From contig JALOKP010000009.1 of NCBI GenBank assembly GCA_025456425.1, forward strand, positions 13,388 through 77,387: 64,000 bases of DNA. Reading direction: 5' to 3'. Under the pieces are notes generated by a model, which had not been told where the DNA came from, did not search any database, and was given only the letters and a program-made list of their open reading frames with translations. Source of the DNA: Acidobacteriota bacterium (GTDB taxonomy: Bacteria > Acidobacteriota > Polarisedimenticolia > J045). A program made the translations under genes and the position numbers. Positions 10,123-19,585 of this stretch are shown here, one piece after another. Every line of letters starts with the position of its first letter. Position 1 is the stretch's first letter.

Positions 10123-11478
10123 ATGCCGACTCGATCCGCTCGAACCCTGCTGGCCTTGTGCTGCGCCGTGATGCTCGCTCCCGGGGCGGCGGTCACGCTG
10201 GCCCAGCAGGGGGCATCCGCGCCGCCGCCGTCGCCGGCGCCTCCGGCCGCCGCGGCCGAGCCCGCGGAACCCCTGATCCCGCCGGACCAGCTCGATTCCC
10301 TCGTCGCCCCGATCGCGCTCTATCCCGACCCGCTGCTGGCCCAGACCCTGGTCGCCTCGACCTACCCGCTCGAGATCGTCCAGCTCCAGCAGTGGCTCGC
10401 GAAGAACCCGAACCTCAAGGACCAGGCGCTGGTGGACGCGGTCGCGAAGCAGCCCTGGGATCCCTCGATCCAGTCGATGGCGGCCGTGCCCGACGTCGTG
10501 AAGCGACTGGCCGATGACATCCAGTGGACGACCGAACTCGGTAACGCCTTCCTCGCGCAGCAGAGCGACGTCATGGACGCGGTCCAGCGGATGCGCAAGA
10601 AGGCCTCGGACAACGGCGCCCTGAAGTCGAACGAGCAGATGGTCGTCGAGACCAAGGTGGTCGAACAGAAGACGGTCATCGTCGTCGAGCCTGCGGACCC
10701 CCAGGTGGTCTACGTGCCGAGCTACAGCCCGACGGTCGTCTACGGGGCGGCCCCCTACTACCCGTACCCGCCGATCTACTACCCCCCTTACTACCCGGGC
10801 GGTGCACTCATCGGCTTCGGCGTCGGCCTGGCCTGGGGCGCGGCGTGGGGCGGCTCCTGTTGCGGCTGCGGCTGGGGCGGCGGGGACGTCGACATCAACA
10901 TCGACAACAACTTCAACCGCAACACGAACATCGACCGCGGCAACTCCGGCCGCGGTGACGCCGGTCGCGGCGGCTCCGGCAACAAGTGGAGCCACAACCC
11001 CCAGCATCGCGGCGGCGCCCCCTACTCGAACAAGGCAACGGCCAGCAAGTACGGCGGCCAGGCGCGCGGGAGCGGGCAGCGCTCGCCCGGTGCGACGACC
11101 GCGAACCGCGGCGGCGCCGGCGCGACGGGCGGCCGCGGCGGCTCGCCGAGCACCATGGATCGCAGTGCGGGGGGCGCCGGATCCCGCGGCGGCTCGCCGA
11201 GTACCGCGGACCGCAGTGCGGGAGGCGCGGGCTCCCGCGGCGGCTCGCCGAGCACCGCGGACCGCGGCGGCTCCTCGGCCAGCCGGGGCAGCAGCGCGAA
11301 CCAGGTCGGCAGCCGGAACGTCCCGTCGAGCGCCCGGCCCAGCAGCAGCGGGTACAGCGGCGGGTCGCGCGGCTACAGCGGCAGCAGCGCCCGCGCGAGC
11401 AGCTCGCGCGGGTCTGCCAGCATGGGCTCGCGCGGCGGAGGATCGAGAGGCGGTGGCGGCGGCGGGCGGCGGAGGTGA
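10123..11478 (+). CDS. DUF3300 domain protein with Gly/Ser/Arg-rich tail
   Basis: Motifs QLDSLVAPIALYPDPLLAQ, WDPSIQS, LGNAFLAQQSDVMDAVQRMR and VYVPSYSP; signal peptide. Confidence 0.92.
   Translation: MPTRSARTLLALCCAVMLAPGAAVTLAQQGASAPPPSPAPPAAAAEPAEPLIPPDQLDSLVAPIALYPDPLLAQTLVASTYPLEIVQLQQWLAKNPNLKDQALVDAVAKQPWDPSIQSMAAVPDVVKRLADDIQWTTELGNAFLAQQSDVMDAVQRMRKKASDNGALKSNEQMVVETKVVEQKTVIVVEPADPQVVYVPSYSPTVVYGAAPYYPYPPIYYPPYYPGGALIGFGVGLAWGAAWGGSCCGCGWGGGDVDINIDNNFNRNTNIDRGNSGRGDAGRGGSGNKWSHNPQHRGGAPYSNKATASKYGGQARGSGQRSPGATTANRGGAGATGGRGGSPSTMDRSAGGAGSRGGSPSTADRSAGGAGSRGGSPSTADRGGSSASRGSSANQVGSRNVPSSARPSSSGYSGGSRGYSGSSARASSSRGSASMGSRGGGSRGGGGGGRRR
11134..11265 (+). repeat. 51-bp coding tandem repeat (about 2.6 units, RGGSPSTxDRSAGGAGS) in the DUF3300 tail
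   Basis: Units start at 11134, 11185 and 11236. Confidence 0.8.
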
Positions 11479-11483
11479 CGGCG

Positions 11484-12437
11484 ATGAGACACGAATCGAC
11501 TGAACACACCATCTCTCGGCGCAGTGCCCGCGTCTTCCGTCCCGGGCTCTGCCTGCTCCTCGCCTGCCTGGTCCCGCTGGCCGGCGCGGCCATCAAGCAG
11601 CGCACCTTCGACACCCCCGAGAAGGCCGTCGAGGCCTTCATCGCCGCCTCCGAGCGCTACGACGTCGAGGCGCTGAAGACGATCCTCGGCGACGATGGCG
11701 TGGACATCGTGGTCTCGGAGGATGCGGTCCAGTCGAAAAACCAGGCCGTGGAGTTCGCCAAGGTGGCGCGCGAAAAGTCCGCGATCGAGATCGACCCGCT
11801 GGACCCGAACGTCGCCATCCTGTCGGTGGGGCCCGACGACTGGCCGCTGCCGATCCCGATCGTTCGGGAGGGCGGGAAGTGGCGCTTCGATACCGCGGCG
11901 GGACGCGAAGAGCTCCTGTTCCGGCGGATCGGGCAGAACGAGCTGGACGCGATCGAGATCTGCCTCGGGTACGTCGAAGCGCAGGAGGAGTACGCCCTCA
12001 CCAGGCACGACGGCTCACGGATCAACCAGTACGCCCAGCGCGTCGTGAGCACGCCCGGGAAGCGGGACGGGCTCGCCTGGCAGGACCCGGACGGGACGTG
12101 GCAGGGACCGGTCGGCGAAGCGATCGCGCGGATCATCGCCGAGGGCTACCCCGAGAAGCCCACACCGTTCCATGGCTACACCTTCAAGATCCTGAAGGGC
12201 CAGGGTCCCGCCGCCCCGCTGGGCGAGATGGACTTCATGGTGAACGGGGCGATGATCGGCGGCTTCGCGCTCGTCGCCGCACCGGCCGACTACGAGGTCA
12301 GCGGCGTGATGACCTTCATCGTGAGCCACGACGGCATCGTCTACCAGAAGGACCTCGGACCGAAGACGGCCGAAGCGTTCAAGGCGATGGACCGGTACAA
12401 CCCGGATGAGACCTGGAGCCCCGTGTTCGGGCAGTGA
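11484..12437 (+). CDS. DUF2950 domain protein
   Basis: Motifs FDTPEKAVEAF, DDWPLPIP, RRIGQNELDAI, PFHGYTFKIL, GGFALVA and GVMTFIVSHDG; usual partner of DUF3300. Confidence 0.92.
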   Translation: MRHESTEHTISRRSARVFRPGLCLLLACLVPLAGAAIKQRTFDTPEKAVEAFIAASERYDVEALKTILGDDGVDIVVSEDAVQSKNQAVEFAKVAREKSAIEIDPLDPNVAILSVGPDDWPLPIPIVREGGKWRFDTAAGREELLFRRIGQNELDAIEICLGYVEAQEEYALTRHDGSRINQYAQRVVSTPGKRDGLAWQDPDGTWQGPVGEAIARIIAEGYPEKPTPFHGYTFKILKGQGPAAPLGEMDFMVNGAMIGGFALVAAPADYEVSGVMTFIVSHDGIVYQKDLGPKTAEAFKAMDRYNPDETWSPVFGQ

Positions 12438-13387
12438 CACGCAGCCGCCAGAGCCGTCCTCCGCGGTCGCGCGAGCTTCGGCGCCCCGGAAGGATCTTGC
12501 TCGGGATCGCCGGGGCGCTCGCCTTTTCGGCCGTGGCCTCGGCGCAGGAACTCGAGCCGCGCGCCTACTCGGCCTCGCCGGTCGGGGCGAACTTCGTGCT
12601 CCTCGGCGGCAGCTGGTCCGGCGGCGAGGTGCTGGTCGACGAGTCGCTGCCGGTGAGCGACATCGAATCGCGGATCGACAGCCTCTTCGCGGGGTACTCG
12701 CGGACCTTCGGGTTCGCCGGCCGCGCCTCGAGCCTCGCGGCGACCGTCCCCTGGACCTGGGGCGCGATGAGCGGAAACGTCGGCGAGACCCGGCGGTCGA
12801 TCGAGCGCGTCGGCCTCGCCGACGTGCGCCTGCGCTGGGCCGTCAACCTGCTCGGCGGGCCGGCGCTCTCGCCGGCCGAGTTCGCGAAGTGGAAGCAGCC
12901 CACCACGCTGGGTGCGAGCCTCACCGTCGTCGCCCCGACGGGGGAGTACGACCCCGCGAGGCTGGTCAACATCGGCTCGAACCGCTGGTCGCTCAAGCCC
13001 GAGCTGGGGGTCTCGATCCCGCTGGGGAAGTGGTTCCTGGAGGGCTCGGTCGGGGTCTGGCTGTTCGCCGACAACGACGACTTCTTCGGGGGGAAGAGGC
13101 GCGAGCAGGACCCGCTCGCGCTGTTGCAGCTGCACGGAGGCTACCAGTTCCGTCCCGGCTTCTGGCTCGCCGCCGACGCCAACTACTACCGGGGCGGCTC
13201 CTCCACGATCGACGGGGTCGAGAGCGACGACCTGCAGGCCAACTCGCGCTACGGCCTGACGCTGTCCGTACGGCTTTCGCCGGGCCTGTCGGCCAAGCTG
13301 GCCGCCGCGACCGGACTCACGACGCGGGTCGGCGGCGAATACGACATGGTGCTGCTGGCGGTCCAGTACCTCTGGTTCGACCGCTGA
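12434..13387 (+). CDS. Outer-membrane transporter, Phenol_MetA_deg/SphA-like beta-barrel
   Basis: QELEPRAYS after the signal peptide, PTGEYDPARLVNIGSNRW, and aromatic C-terminus QYLWF. Confidence 0.75.
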   Translation: MTRSRQSRPPRSRELRRPGRILLGIAGALAFSAVASAQELEPRAYSASPVGANFVLLGGSWSGGEVLVDESLPVSDIESRIDSLFAGYSRTFGFAGRASSLAATVPWTWGAMSGNVGETRRSIERVGLADVRLRWAVNLLGGPALSPAEFAKWKQPTTLGASLTVVAPTGEYDPARLVNIGSNRWSLKPELGVSIPLGKWFLEGSVGVWLFADNDDFFGGKRREQDPLALLQLHGGYQFRPGFWLAADANYYRGGSSTIDGVESDDLQANSRYGLTLSVRLSPGLSAKLAAATGLTTRVGGEYDMVLLAVQYLWFDR

Positions 13388-13515
13388 CTGCGGGCCGGTC
13401 AATCGCGACGAGGGTCCGAAGGCGTCTGCGCAGTCCGCCCGCCAACTCGCCGTCCCTCGGCATCATGCCGCAACCCGGCCGGCGGCGTCAGAGGGCGAAC
13501 CGGCCGGGCGGCGCG

Positions 13516-13929
13516 TCATGCCAGGCCGGCGTCCTCCAGTTCGGCCGCGAGCTCGGGCCCCGGCCGCTTCGGGCGCCGGAAGAACCACGGCTGGCGCGCT
13601 GGGTCGTGCCCCTCCTCGGCCGCGATCTCCTCGCCCCAGAGCGGCGCGCCGGCCGGGAGCGTCGCGGCGAGAAAGCGCCGGTCGGCCTCCGCGACCTGCG
13701 CCGAGGCCGCGGTGCGCGCGGCGTCGGGCGCCACCGCCAGCGCGCCGGCGAGGATGTCGCGCAGGTCCATGTCGTTGAGCCAGTCATCGAGCGTCAGGTC
13801 GTAGCCGTCCTCCAGCGCGTCGACGATCGCCTCCCAGCGGTCGGCGAGGCCCGCGAGCCCTCCCTCGACCAGCCGCGAGGCGACGCCGCGCTCCGCGAGG
13901 TACTCGGTCACCGGATCGTCAGGGGTCAT
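13516..13929 (-). CDS. Acidic hypothetical protein, candidate immunity protein
   Basis: 137 aa (MTPDDPVTEYL...DDWLNDMDLRD); ATGA overlap with the upstream toxin-like gene. Confidence 0.6.
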   Translation of the reverse strand: MTPDDPVTEYLAERGVASRLVEGGLAGLADRWEAIVDALEDGYDLTLDDWLNDMDLRDILAGALAVAPDAARTAASAQVAEADRRFLAATLPAGAPLWGEEIAAEEGHDPARQPWFFRRPKRPGPELAAELEDAGLA

Positions 13930-14360
13930 CGTCGCGGCCTCGCTGCCTGGCGGCGGAAGTACCGCTCGCCGTCGTTGGGGACGAAGAAGGTTCGGATCAC
14001 GCCGTCGCGCTCGAAGGCCAGGAAGGCGCCCGTCGCGCGGTCGAATCGCGTGATCACACCGTCGGCGCGGACCAGCTCGAGCACCTCGCTCCCGGACGGA
14101 CGGTCGCGCAGCGCCTGGGCCAGCGCCAGGTAGTCCTGTGGCGTCGCCGCTCCGAACTCGGCACCGTGCTTCTCGAAGTGCTCCGCCAGACGACCGGGCG
14201 AGCGGAAGCCGATCGCCGCCCGCGCCGGGGAAGGCGCGCCGAGCGGCGCCGCGGCGGAGGGCGGATCCGTGGCGCGCGTCGCGTCGGGCGCGACGGGGGC
14301 GGCTTCGCACCCGCAGAGCAGGAGCGCGAGCGCGGCCAGCCAGCGGGATCCCGGGCGCAT
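13926..14360 (-). CDS. Lipoprotein with CdiA-CT-like (Kp342-type, BECR-fold) RNase domain
   Basis: Lipobox LLLCG|C, then HFEKHGAEFG...DY...RADG...DGVIRTFFVPNDGERYFRRQ. Confidence 0.6.
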   Translation of the reverse strand: MRPGSRWLAALALLLCGCEAAPVAPDATRATDPPSAAAPLGAPSPARAAIGFRSPGRLAEHFEKHGAEFGAATPQDYLALAQALRDRPSGSEVLELVRADGVITRFDRATGAFLAFERDGVIRTFFVPNDGERYFRRQAARPRR

Positions 14361-14446
14361 CGGCGGCGGGATCGTGGGGCCGGCGCCCGGACCGGTCAAG
14401 CGGCTCGCGGCTCGCCCCGGCCCCGGCCGCTTGCTACCCTCCGCCG

Positions 14447-15439
14447 GTGCGAATCGCCGCCCCGTCCCGCCTCGCTCCCGCCGCCCCGCTGCTGGTGCTG
14501 GGGCTCGTGCTCGCCGCCGGCTGCGGCCGCGGCGGCGAGCGGTCCGGGCCGCCGCCCCCGCTGATCGAGATCGAGGCCCCGAAGGGAGAGGTCCCGGCCG
14601 CTCCGGAGGCGTTCCGCTGGGCACCCGTCCCGGGCGCCGCGGGCTACCGTGTGACGGTCGGCGACGCCGACACGGTCTGGCCCCTCTTCCTGGGAACCGC
14701 CACCGAGCCCCGGCTGCCGATGCCCGAGGCCCGACGCGGCGCGATCCGCCCGGGCCGGATCCACGAGTGGACGGTCGATGCGCTCGACGCGGGCGGCGCG
14801 GTGATCGGCTCGGGAACGGTGCGCTTCTGGGTCGCGGCGGGGCCGGCGCCGGCGGGCGCCGCGCCATCTCCCGCGGAGTCCGCGGGCTCAGCCCCCGCGG
14901 CGGCGTTCCCCGAGTTCCCGCTCCCCGCGCTCGCGCTCGAGCGGCCGGATGGCAGCGCGGTCGATCCGCTGGCGGCCGGCGGCAGACGGGCCCCCTCCGC
15001 GACCGTCTTCTTCTTCGTCCGCACCGACTGCCCGATCGCCAACCGCTACGCGCCGGAGATGAAGCGGCTCGCCGCGACCTACGCGCCGCGGGGGGTCATC
15101 TTCTTCGTCGTCTACGTCGATCCCGGCGAGTCGGCCGAGGCGATCGGCCGGCACCTCGCCGAGTACGGCCTGCCGCCGGCAGCGCTGCGCGATCCGCGGC
15201 ACGCGCTGGTCGCCGCGACCGGGGCCAGAGTCACCCCGACGGCCGCCGTCGTCGCTGCCGACCGCCGGCTGGTCTACCGCGGCCGGATCGACGACCGCTA
15301 TCCCGGCTACGGCAAGGCGCTGCGCGAGCCGTCCGAACGCGACCTCGTCGTCGCGCTCGACGCGCTGCTCGACGGCCGGCCGGTGCCGCGCCGGGAGACG
15401 GAGGCGATCGGATGCCTGATTGGAGACGTCGCCCCGTGA
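14447..15439 (+). CDS. Lipoprotein with N-terminal beta-sandwich-like region and C-terminal redoxin (AhpC/TSA) domain
   Basis: Lipobox LAAG|C; FVRTDCPIANRYAPE, VTPTAAV, YRGRIDD and AIGC motifs. Confidence 0.8.
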   Translation: MRIAAPSRLAPAAPLLVLGLVLAAGCGRGGERSGPPPPLIEIEAPKGEVPAAPEAFRWAPVPGAAGYRVTVGDADTVWPLFLGTATEPRLPMPEARRGAIRPGRIHEWTVDALDAGGAVIGSGTVRFWVAAGPAPAGAAPSPAESAGSAPAAAFPEFPLPALALERPDGSAVDPLAAGGRRAPSATVFFFVRTDCPIANRYAPEMKRLAATYAPRGVIFFVVYVDPGESAEAIGRHLAEYGLPPAALRDPRHALVAATGARVTPTAAVVAADRRLVYRGRIDDRYPGYGKALREPSERDLVVALDALLDGRPVPRRETEAIGCLIGDVAP

Positions 15440-17424
15440 CCCGACCCCGCCCGATCCGCCTCCCGGGGCCCGGCCCCGCCCTCGCGCTGCTCGCCGCCGG
15501 TGTTCTGACCGTCGGCTGCGGAGGCGAGCGGCGGCCGGCGGCCGCCGCGTGGGCCCCTCTCCCGCCCGACCCCGAGATCGCGCTCGACGCGCGCGCGCTG
15601 ACCCCGCCGCCCGACCCGGTCCCGCCCGCCGAGCCGCCGGCCGCACCGCGGCCGAAGGGCTCGCTCACCTTCGCCCGCGACATCGCGCCGATCGTCCACG
15701 CGCACTGCGCGGTGTGTCACCACGAGGGGGGCGCGGCCCCCTTCGGCCTCGTCACCTACGACGACGTGAGAAAGCGCGCCGGGCAGATCGCGGCCGTCAC
15801 GCGCTCGCGCTACATGCCGCCCTGGCAGCCCGAGCCCGGCGTCGCCGCGTGGCAGGGCGAGCGCCGGCTTTCGGCCGACCAGGTCGCGCAGCTCGCGCAG
15901 TGGGCGGAGGAGGGGGCGCCGGCCGGCGACCTGGCCCGCGCGCCGGCCCCGCCCTCCTTCCCGGAGGGCTGGGCGCTCGGAGAGCCCGACGCGGTCGTCC
16001 CCTTCCCCGCCCCGTACCTGCTGCGCGCCGACGGCGGCGACGTCTTCCGCAACTTCGTGCTCCCCGACGCGATCCCCGCCTCGCGCTGGGTCCGCGGGCT
16101 CGAGTTCCGCGCCGCCGGAACCCGCGCGATCCACCACGCCGAGATCCGGCTCGACGAGACGCCGGGCTCGCGCTCGCTCGACGACGCCGACCCGGTCCCC
16201 GGCTTCGAAGGGATGGAGAGCGAGACCGCGCACTACCCCGAGGGGCACTTCCTCAACTGGGTCCCCGGCAAGCTCCCCGCGTTCGAGCCCGCCGGTCGCG
16301 CCTGGCGGCTCGGCGCCGGCGACGACCTCGTCGTCCAGCTGCACCTGCTGCCCACCGGCCGCGAGGAGCGGGTCGCGCCGCTGATCGGGCTGCACTTCGC
16401 CGACGGTCCGCCGACCGACGTCACGCCGCTCAATCTGCGCCTGGCCTCGCGCGCGATGAACATCCCGGCCGGCGAGGCCGCGTACGTGATCGAGGACACC
16501 TACACCCTGCCGGTCGACGTCGAGGTCCTGTCGGTGATGCCGCACGCGCACTACCTCGGCAAGCGGATGCTCGCGTGGGCGACGCTTCCCGACGGCACGA
16601 AGCGCTGGCTGATCCGGATCGCGGACTGGGACTTCAACTGGCAGGACGAGTACCGCTACGCCGTTCCGCTCGCGCTGCCGCGCGGCACGGTGCTGGCGAT
16701 GCGCTACACCTACGACAACTCCGCGGCCAACGAGCGCAACCCGCACAAACCGCCGGTGCGGGTCGGCTACGGGCCGCGCTCGTTCGACGAGATGGGCGAC
16801 CTCTGGGTGAGGGTCCGGCCCCGCGGCGAGATGGAACGGCAGCTGCTCGCGGCCCACCAGGCGCGGCATCGCGCCCTCGAGGACGCGGCCGACGCCGAGC
16901 GCGCGCTGGCGGCCGACGCAACGCCGGACGGGCACAAGCGGGCCGCGCGGCTCTACGAGCGCGCCGGCCGCAGCGAGCGCGCGCTGGTGCACCTCGAGGC
17001 GGCGGTGGGTGCGGACCCGGACGACCCCGAGGCGCAGGAGATGCTGGGGCTGGCGCTGCGCCAGAAGGGCGACGGCCCCGGGGCGATCGAACACGTCGAG
17101 CGCGCGGCGCGGCTGCGGCCCGACTCGGCCACGACGCGCTACAACCTGGCCGGCCTCTACGCCGCGGCCGGGCGCCCGGCCGACGCGGTGCGGGAGCTGG
17201 AACGGGCCGTGGCGCTCGACCCCGGCTATGTGCGGGCACGCACCCAGCTCGGCGTCGTACTGGCCCAGCAGGGGCGGTTCGCCGAGTCGCTCGCCCAGCT
17301 CCGCGAGGCCTCGCGGCTGTCCGAAGGGAAGGACCCGGCCGTCGAGCAGGCGCTGGCGGCCGTCGATCGCGCCGCGGGCGGCGGCGCGGCCCGCGGGCCC
17401 GCCGGGGGACCGGGACGGCGCTAG
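15436..17424 (+). CDS. Cytochrome c (CxxCH) + copper type II (PHM-like) monooxygenase domain + TPR lipoprotein
   Basis: HCAVCHH heme motif, IHHAEI, MPHAHYLG and DEMG Cu-ligand motifs, C-terminal TPRs; GTGA overlap with the redoxin gene. Confidence 0.8.
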   Translation: MTRPRPIRLPGPGPALALLAAGVLTVGCGGERRPAAAAWAPLPPDPEIALDARALTPPPDPVPPAEPPAAPRPKGSLTFARDIAPIVHAHCAVCHHEGGAAPFGLVTYDDVRKRAGQIAAVTRSRYMPPWQPEPGVAAWQGERRLSADQVAQLAQWAEEGAPAGDLARAPAPPSFPEGWALGEPDAVVPFPAPYLLRADGGDVFRNFVLPDAIPASRWVRGLEFRAAGTRAIHHAEIRLDETPGSRSLDDADPVPGFEGMESETAHYPEGHFLNWVPGKLPAFEPAGRAWRLGAGDDLVVQLHLLPTGREERVAPLIGLHFADGPPTDVTPLNLRLASRAMNIPAGEAAYVIEDTYTLPVDVEVLSVMPHAHYLGKRMLAWATLPDGTKRWLIRIADWDFNWQDEYRYAVPLALPRGTVLAMRYTYDNSAANERNPHKPPVRVGYGPRSFDEMGDLWVRVRPRGEMERQLLAAHQARHRALEDAADAERALAADATPDGHKRAARLYERAGRSERALVHLEAAVGADPDDPEAQEMLGLALRQKGDGPGAIEHVERAARLRPDSATTRYNLAGLYAAAGRPADAVRELERAVALDPGYVRARTQLGVVLAQQGRFAESLAQLREASRLSEGKDPAVEQALAAVDRAAGGGAARGPAGGPGRR

Positions 17425-17450
17425 AATGGTCGTGCGAAAGGGGGGTCACG

Positions 17451-17657
17451 ATGGTGATTCGGATCGACCTTCCCGACGACGACGTTCCGTACCTGCGCGA
17501 GGTCGTGGAGTGGCGGTTGCGGGCCCTCCCGATGGAGATCGCTCACACCGACCACGCCCCCTACCGAGAGCGGCTGCGCGACGAATCCGAGGCGCTCGAG
17601 CGCGTCCTCGACCGGATCGCGCACGCCGCGGCGCCGGCGCCGGTGCACGGGCTCTGA
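17451..17657 (+). CDS. Small hypothetical helical protein (68 aa)
   Basis: MVIRIDLPDDDVPYLREVVEWRLRALPMEIAHTDH...; purine-rich RBS. Confidence 0.6.
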   Translation: MVIRIDLPDDDVPYLREVVEWRLRALPMEIAHTDHAPYRERLRDESEALERVLDRIAHAAAPAPVHGL

Positions 17658-17726
17658 CGCGCTGCGGGCGGGACGGGAGGCGGGCCCGGCGCGGAGCACC
17701 GCGCCGTGGAGTAAGCTGTTTGTATC

Positions 17727-18899
17727 ATGCCGAGCCTCTCCTCCCGCACCGTGCGCCGCGTGGCCTTCGTCCTGCTGCTCCTCGCCGCAGCCGCCGCGCT
17801 GCGCTACTTCGTGTTCAGCACCGACCCCGTCCCGGTCACCGTGACCGCGATCGCGACCGGCCGCGTCGAGCAGACCGTCACCAACAGCAAGGCCGGCACC
17901 GTGCAGACGCGGCAGCGTGCCTCGCTCAGCCCCGAGATGGGCGGGCTCGTGATCGAGCTGCCGGCCCGCAAGGGGGCGCGGGTCGCCGCGGGGGACGTCG
18001 TGCTGCGGCTGTCCGACGCCGACTACCGGGCCCAGGTCACGCTGCAGGAGCGCTCGATCGACGCGGCGCGGGCGGCGGGCCGCGAGGCCTGCCTGACCGC
18101 CGACCAGGCGCGGCGCGACGACGCGCGCTACGACGCGCTGGCGCGCGAGGGGGTCGTGTCGGCCGAGCTGAGCGAGCAGGCGCGGTCCCGGCGCGACGCC
18201 GCCGCCGCGGCCTGCGCCGCCGCCGGCGCGCGCGTGCTGCAGGCCGAGTCGGCGCTGGCGCTGGCGCGCGCGCAGCTGGAGAAGACGGTCCTGCGCGCCC
18301 CCTTCCCCGGCGTCGTCGCCGAGCTGAAGACCGAGCTGGGCGAGTGGATCACGCCGGCCCCGCCCGGCGTGCCGATCCCGCCCGTGATCGAACTGATCGC
18401 CCCTGAGGAGATCTACGTCTCCGCGCCGCTGGACGAGGTCGACGTCGGCAAGGTCCACCTCGGGCAGCGGGTGCGGATCACGATGGACGCGTTTCCCGGC
18501 CAGGGCTTCCCGGGGCGGGTGGTCCGGGTCGCGCCGTACGTGCTCGACATCCAGGAGCAGAACCGGACATTCGAGATCGAGGCCGAATTCGACGACCCGG
18601 CGTTCGCGCGCACGCTGGTGCCGGGGGCTTCGGCCGACGTCGAGGTGATCCTGGCAGCGAAGGACGGCGTGCTGCGCGTCCCGACCTCCGCGCTGATGGA
18701 AGGCAACCGGGTGCTCGCCGTCGAGGGCGACCGGCTGGTCGAAAAGACCGTCACGACGGGCCTGCGCAACTGGGAGTTCGTCGAGGTCACGGGGGGGCTG
18801 TCGGCGGGCGAGCGCGTCACCGTCTCGCTCGACCGGATGGAGGTCAAGGCGGGGGCGCGCGTGCGAATCGCCGGCGAGGCGTCTGGACCGGCCAAGTGA
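17727..18899 (+). CDS. Efflux periplasmic adaptor subunit (MacA-like MFP)
   Basis: N-terminal TM, lipoyl half motifs GARVAAGDVVLRL and LRAPFPGVV, C-terminal TGLRNWEFVEV. Confidence 0.9.
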   Translation: MPSLSSRTVRRVAFVLLLLAAAAALRYFVFSTDPVPVTVTAIATGRVEQTVTNSKAGTVQTRQRASLSPEMGGLVIELPARKGARVAAGDVVLRLSDADYRAQVTLQERSIDAARAAGREACLTADQARRDDARYDALAREGVVSAELSEQARSRRDAAAAACAAAGARVLQAESALALARAQLEKTVLRAPFPGVVAELKTELGEWITPAPPGVPIPPVIELIAPEEIYVSAPLDEVDVGKVHLGQRVRITMDAFPGQGFPGRVVRVAPYVLDIQEQNRTFEIEAEFDDPAFARTLVPGASADVEVILAAKDGVLRVPTSALMEGNRVLAVEGDRLVEKTVTTGLRNWEFVEVTGGLSAGERVTVSLDRMEVKAGARVRIAGEASGPAK

Positions 18900-19585
18900 T
18901 CGAACTGTCCCACGTCGAGCGGATCTACCAGGTCGGGGACGAGGAAGTCCACGCGCTGCGCGACGTCGACCTGGCGATCGCGGCCGGCGAGCACGTCGCG
19001 ATCATGGGCCCCTCGGGCTCGGGGAAGTCGACGCTGCTCAACATCCTCGGGGCGCTCGACCGCCCCACAGCGGGGATCTACCGCCTCGACGGGCTCGACG
19101 TCGGGGCGCTGGGCGAGGACCGGCTGCCCGAGATCCGGCGCCACCAGATCGGCTTCGTCTTCCAGTCGTTTCACCTGGTGCCGCGGCTGACGGCCGCGGG
19201 GAACGTCGAGTTGCCGATGGTCTTCGCCGGGCTGCCCCGGCGCGAGCGCCTCGAGCGGACCGGCCGCGCGCTGGCGGCGGTCGGCCTGACCGCACGCGCG
19301 TCCCACCGGCCGGACCAGCTCTCGGGCGGCGAGCGCCAGCGCGTCGCGATCGCCCGCGCGATCGTGATGGGGCCGAAGATCCTGCTGGCCGACGAACCGA
19401 CCGGCAACCTCGACAGCGCCTCGGGCGGCGAGGTCGTCGGCCTGCTCGAGCGGATGAACGCCGAGGGGCTGACGCTGATCGTCGTGACCCACGACCCGGC
19501 GATCGGCTCGCGCGCGCGACGGCGGATCCGGCTCGCCGACGGCCGGGTGGTCGAGGACGCGCGCCAGCCGGGGGCGGGCGCGTGA
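18896..19585 (+). CDS. ABC transporter ATP-binding protein (MacB/LolD type)
   Basis: Walker A GPSGSGKS, LSGGERQRVAIARA, ADEPTGNLD. Confidence 0.95.
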   Translation: MIELSHVERIYQVGDEEVHALRDVDLAIAAGEHVAIMGPSGSGKSTLLNILGALDRPTAGIYRLDGLDVGALGEDRLPEIRRHQIGFVFQSFHLVPRLTAAGNVELPMVFAGLPRRERLERTGRALAAVGLTARASHRPDQLSGGERQRVAIARAIVMGPKILLADEPTGNLDSASGGEVVGLLERMNAEGLTLIVVTHDPAIGSRARRRIRLADGRVVEDARQPGAGA

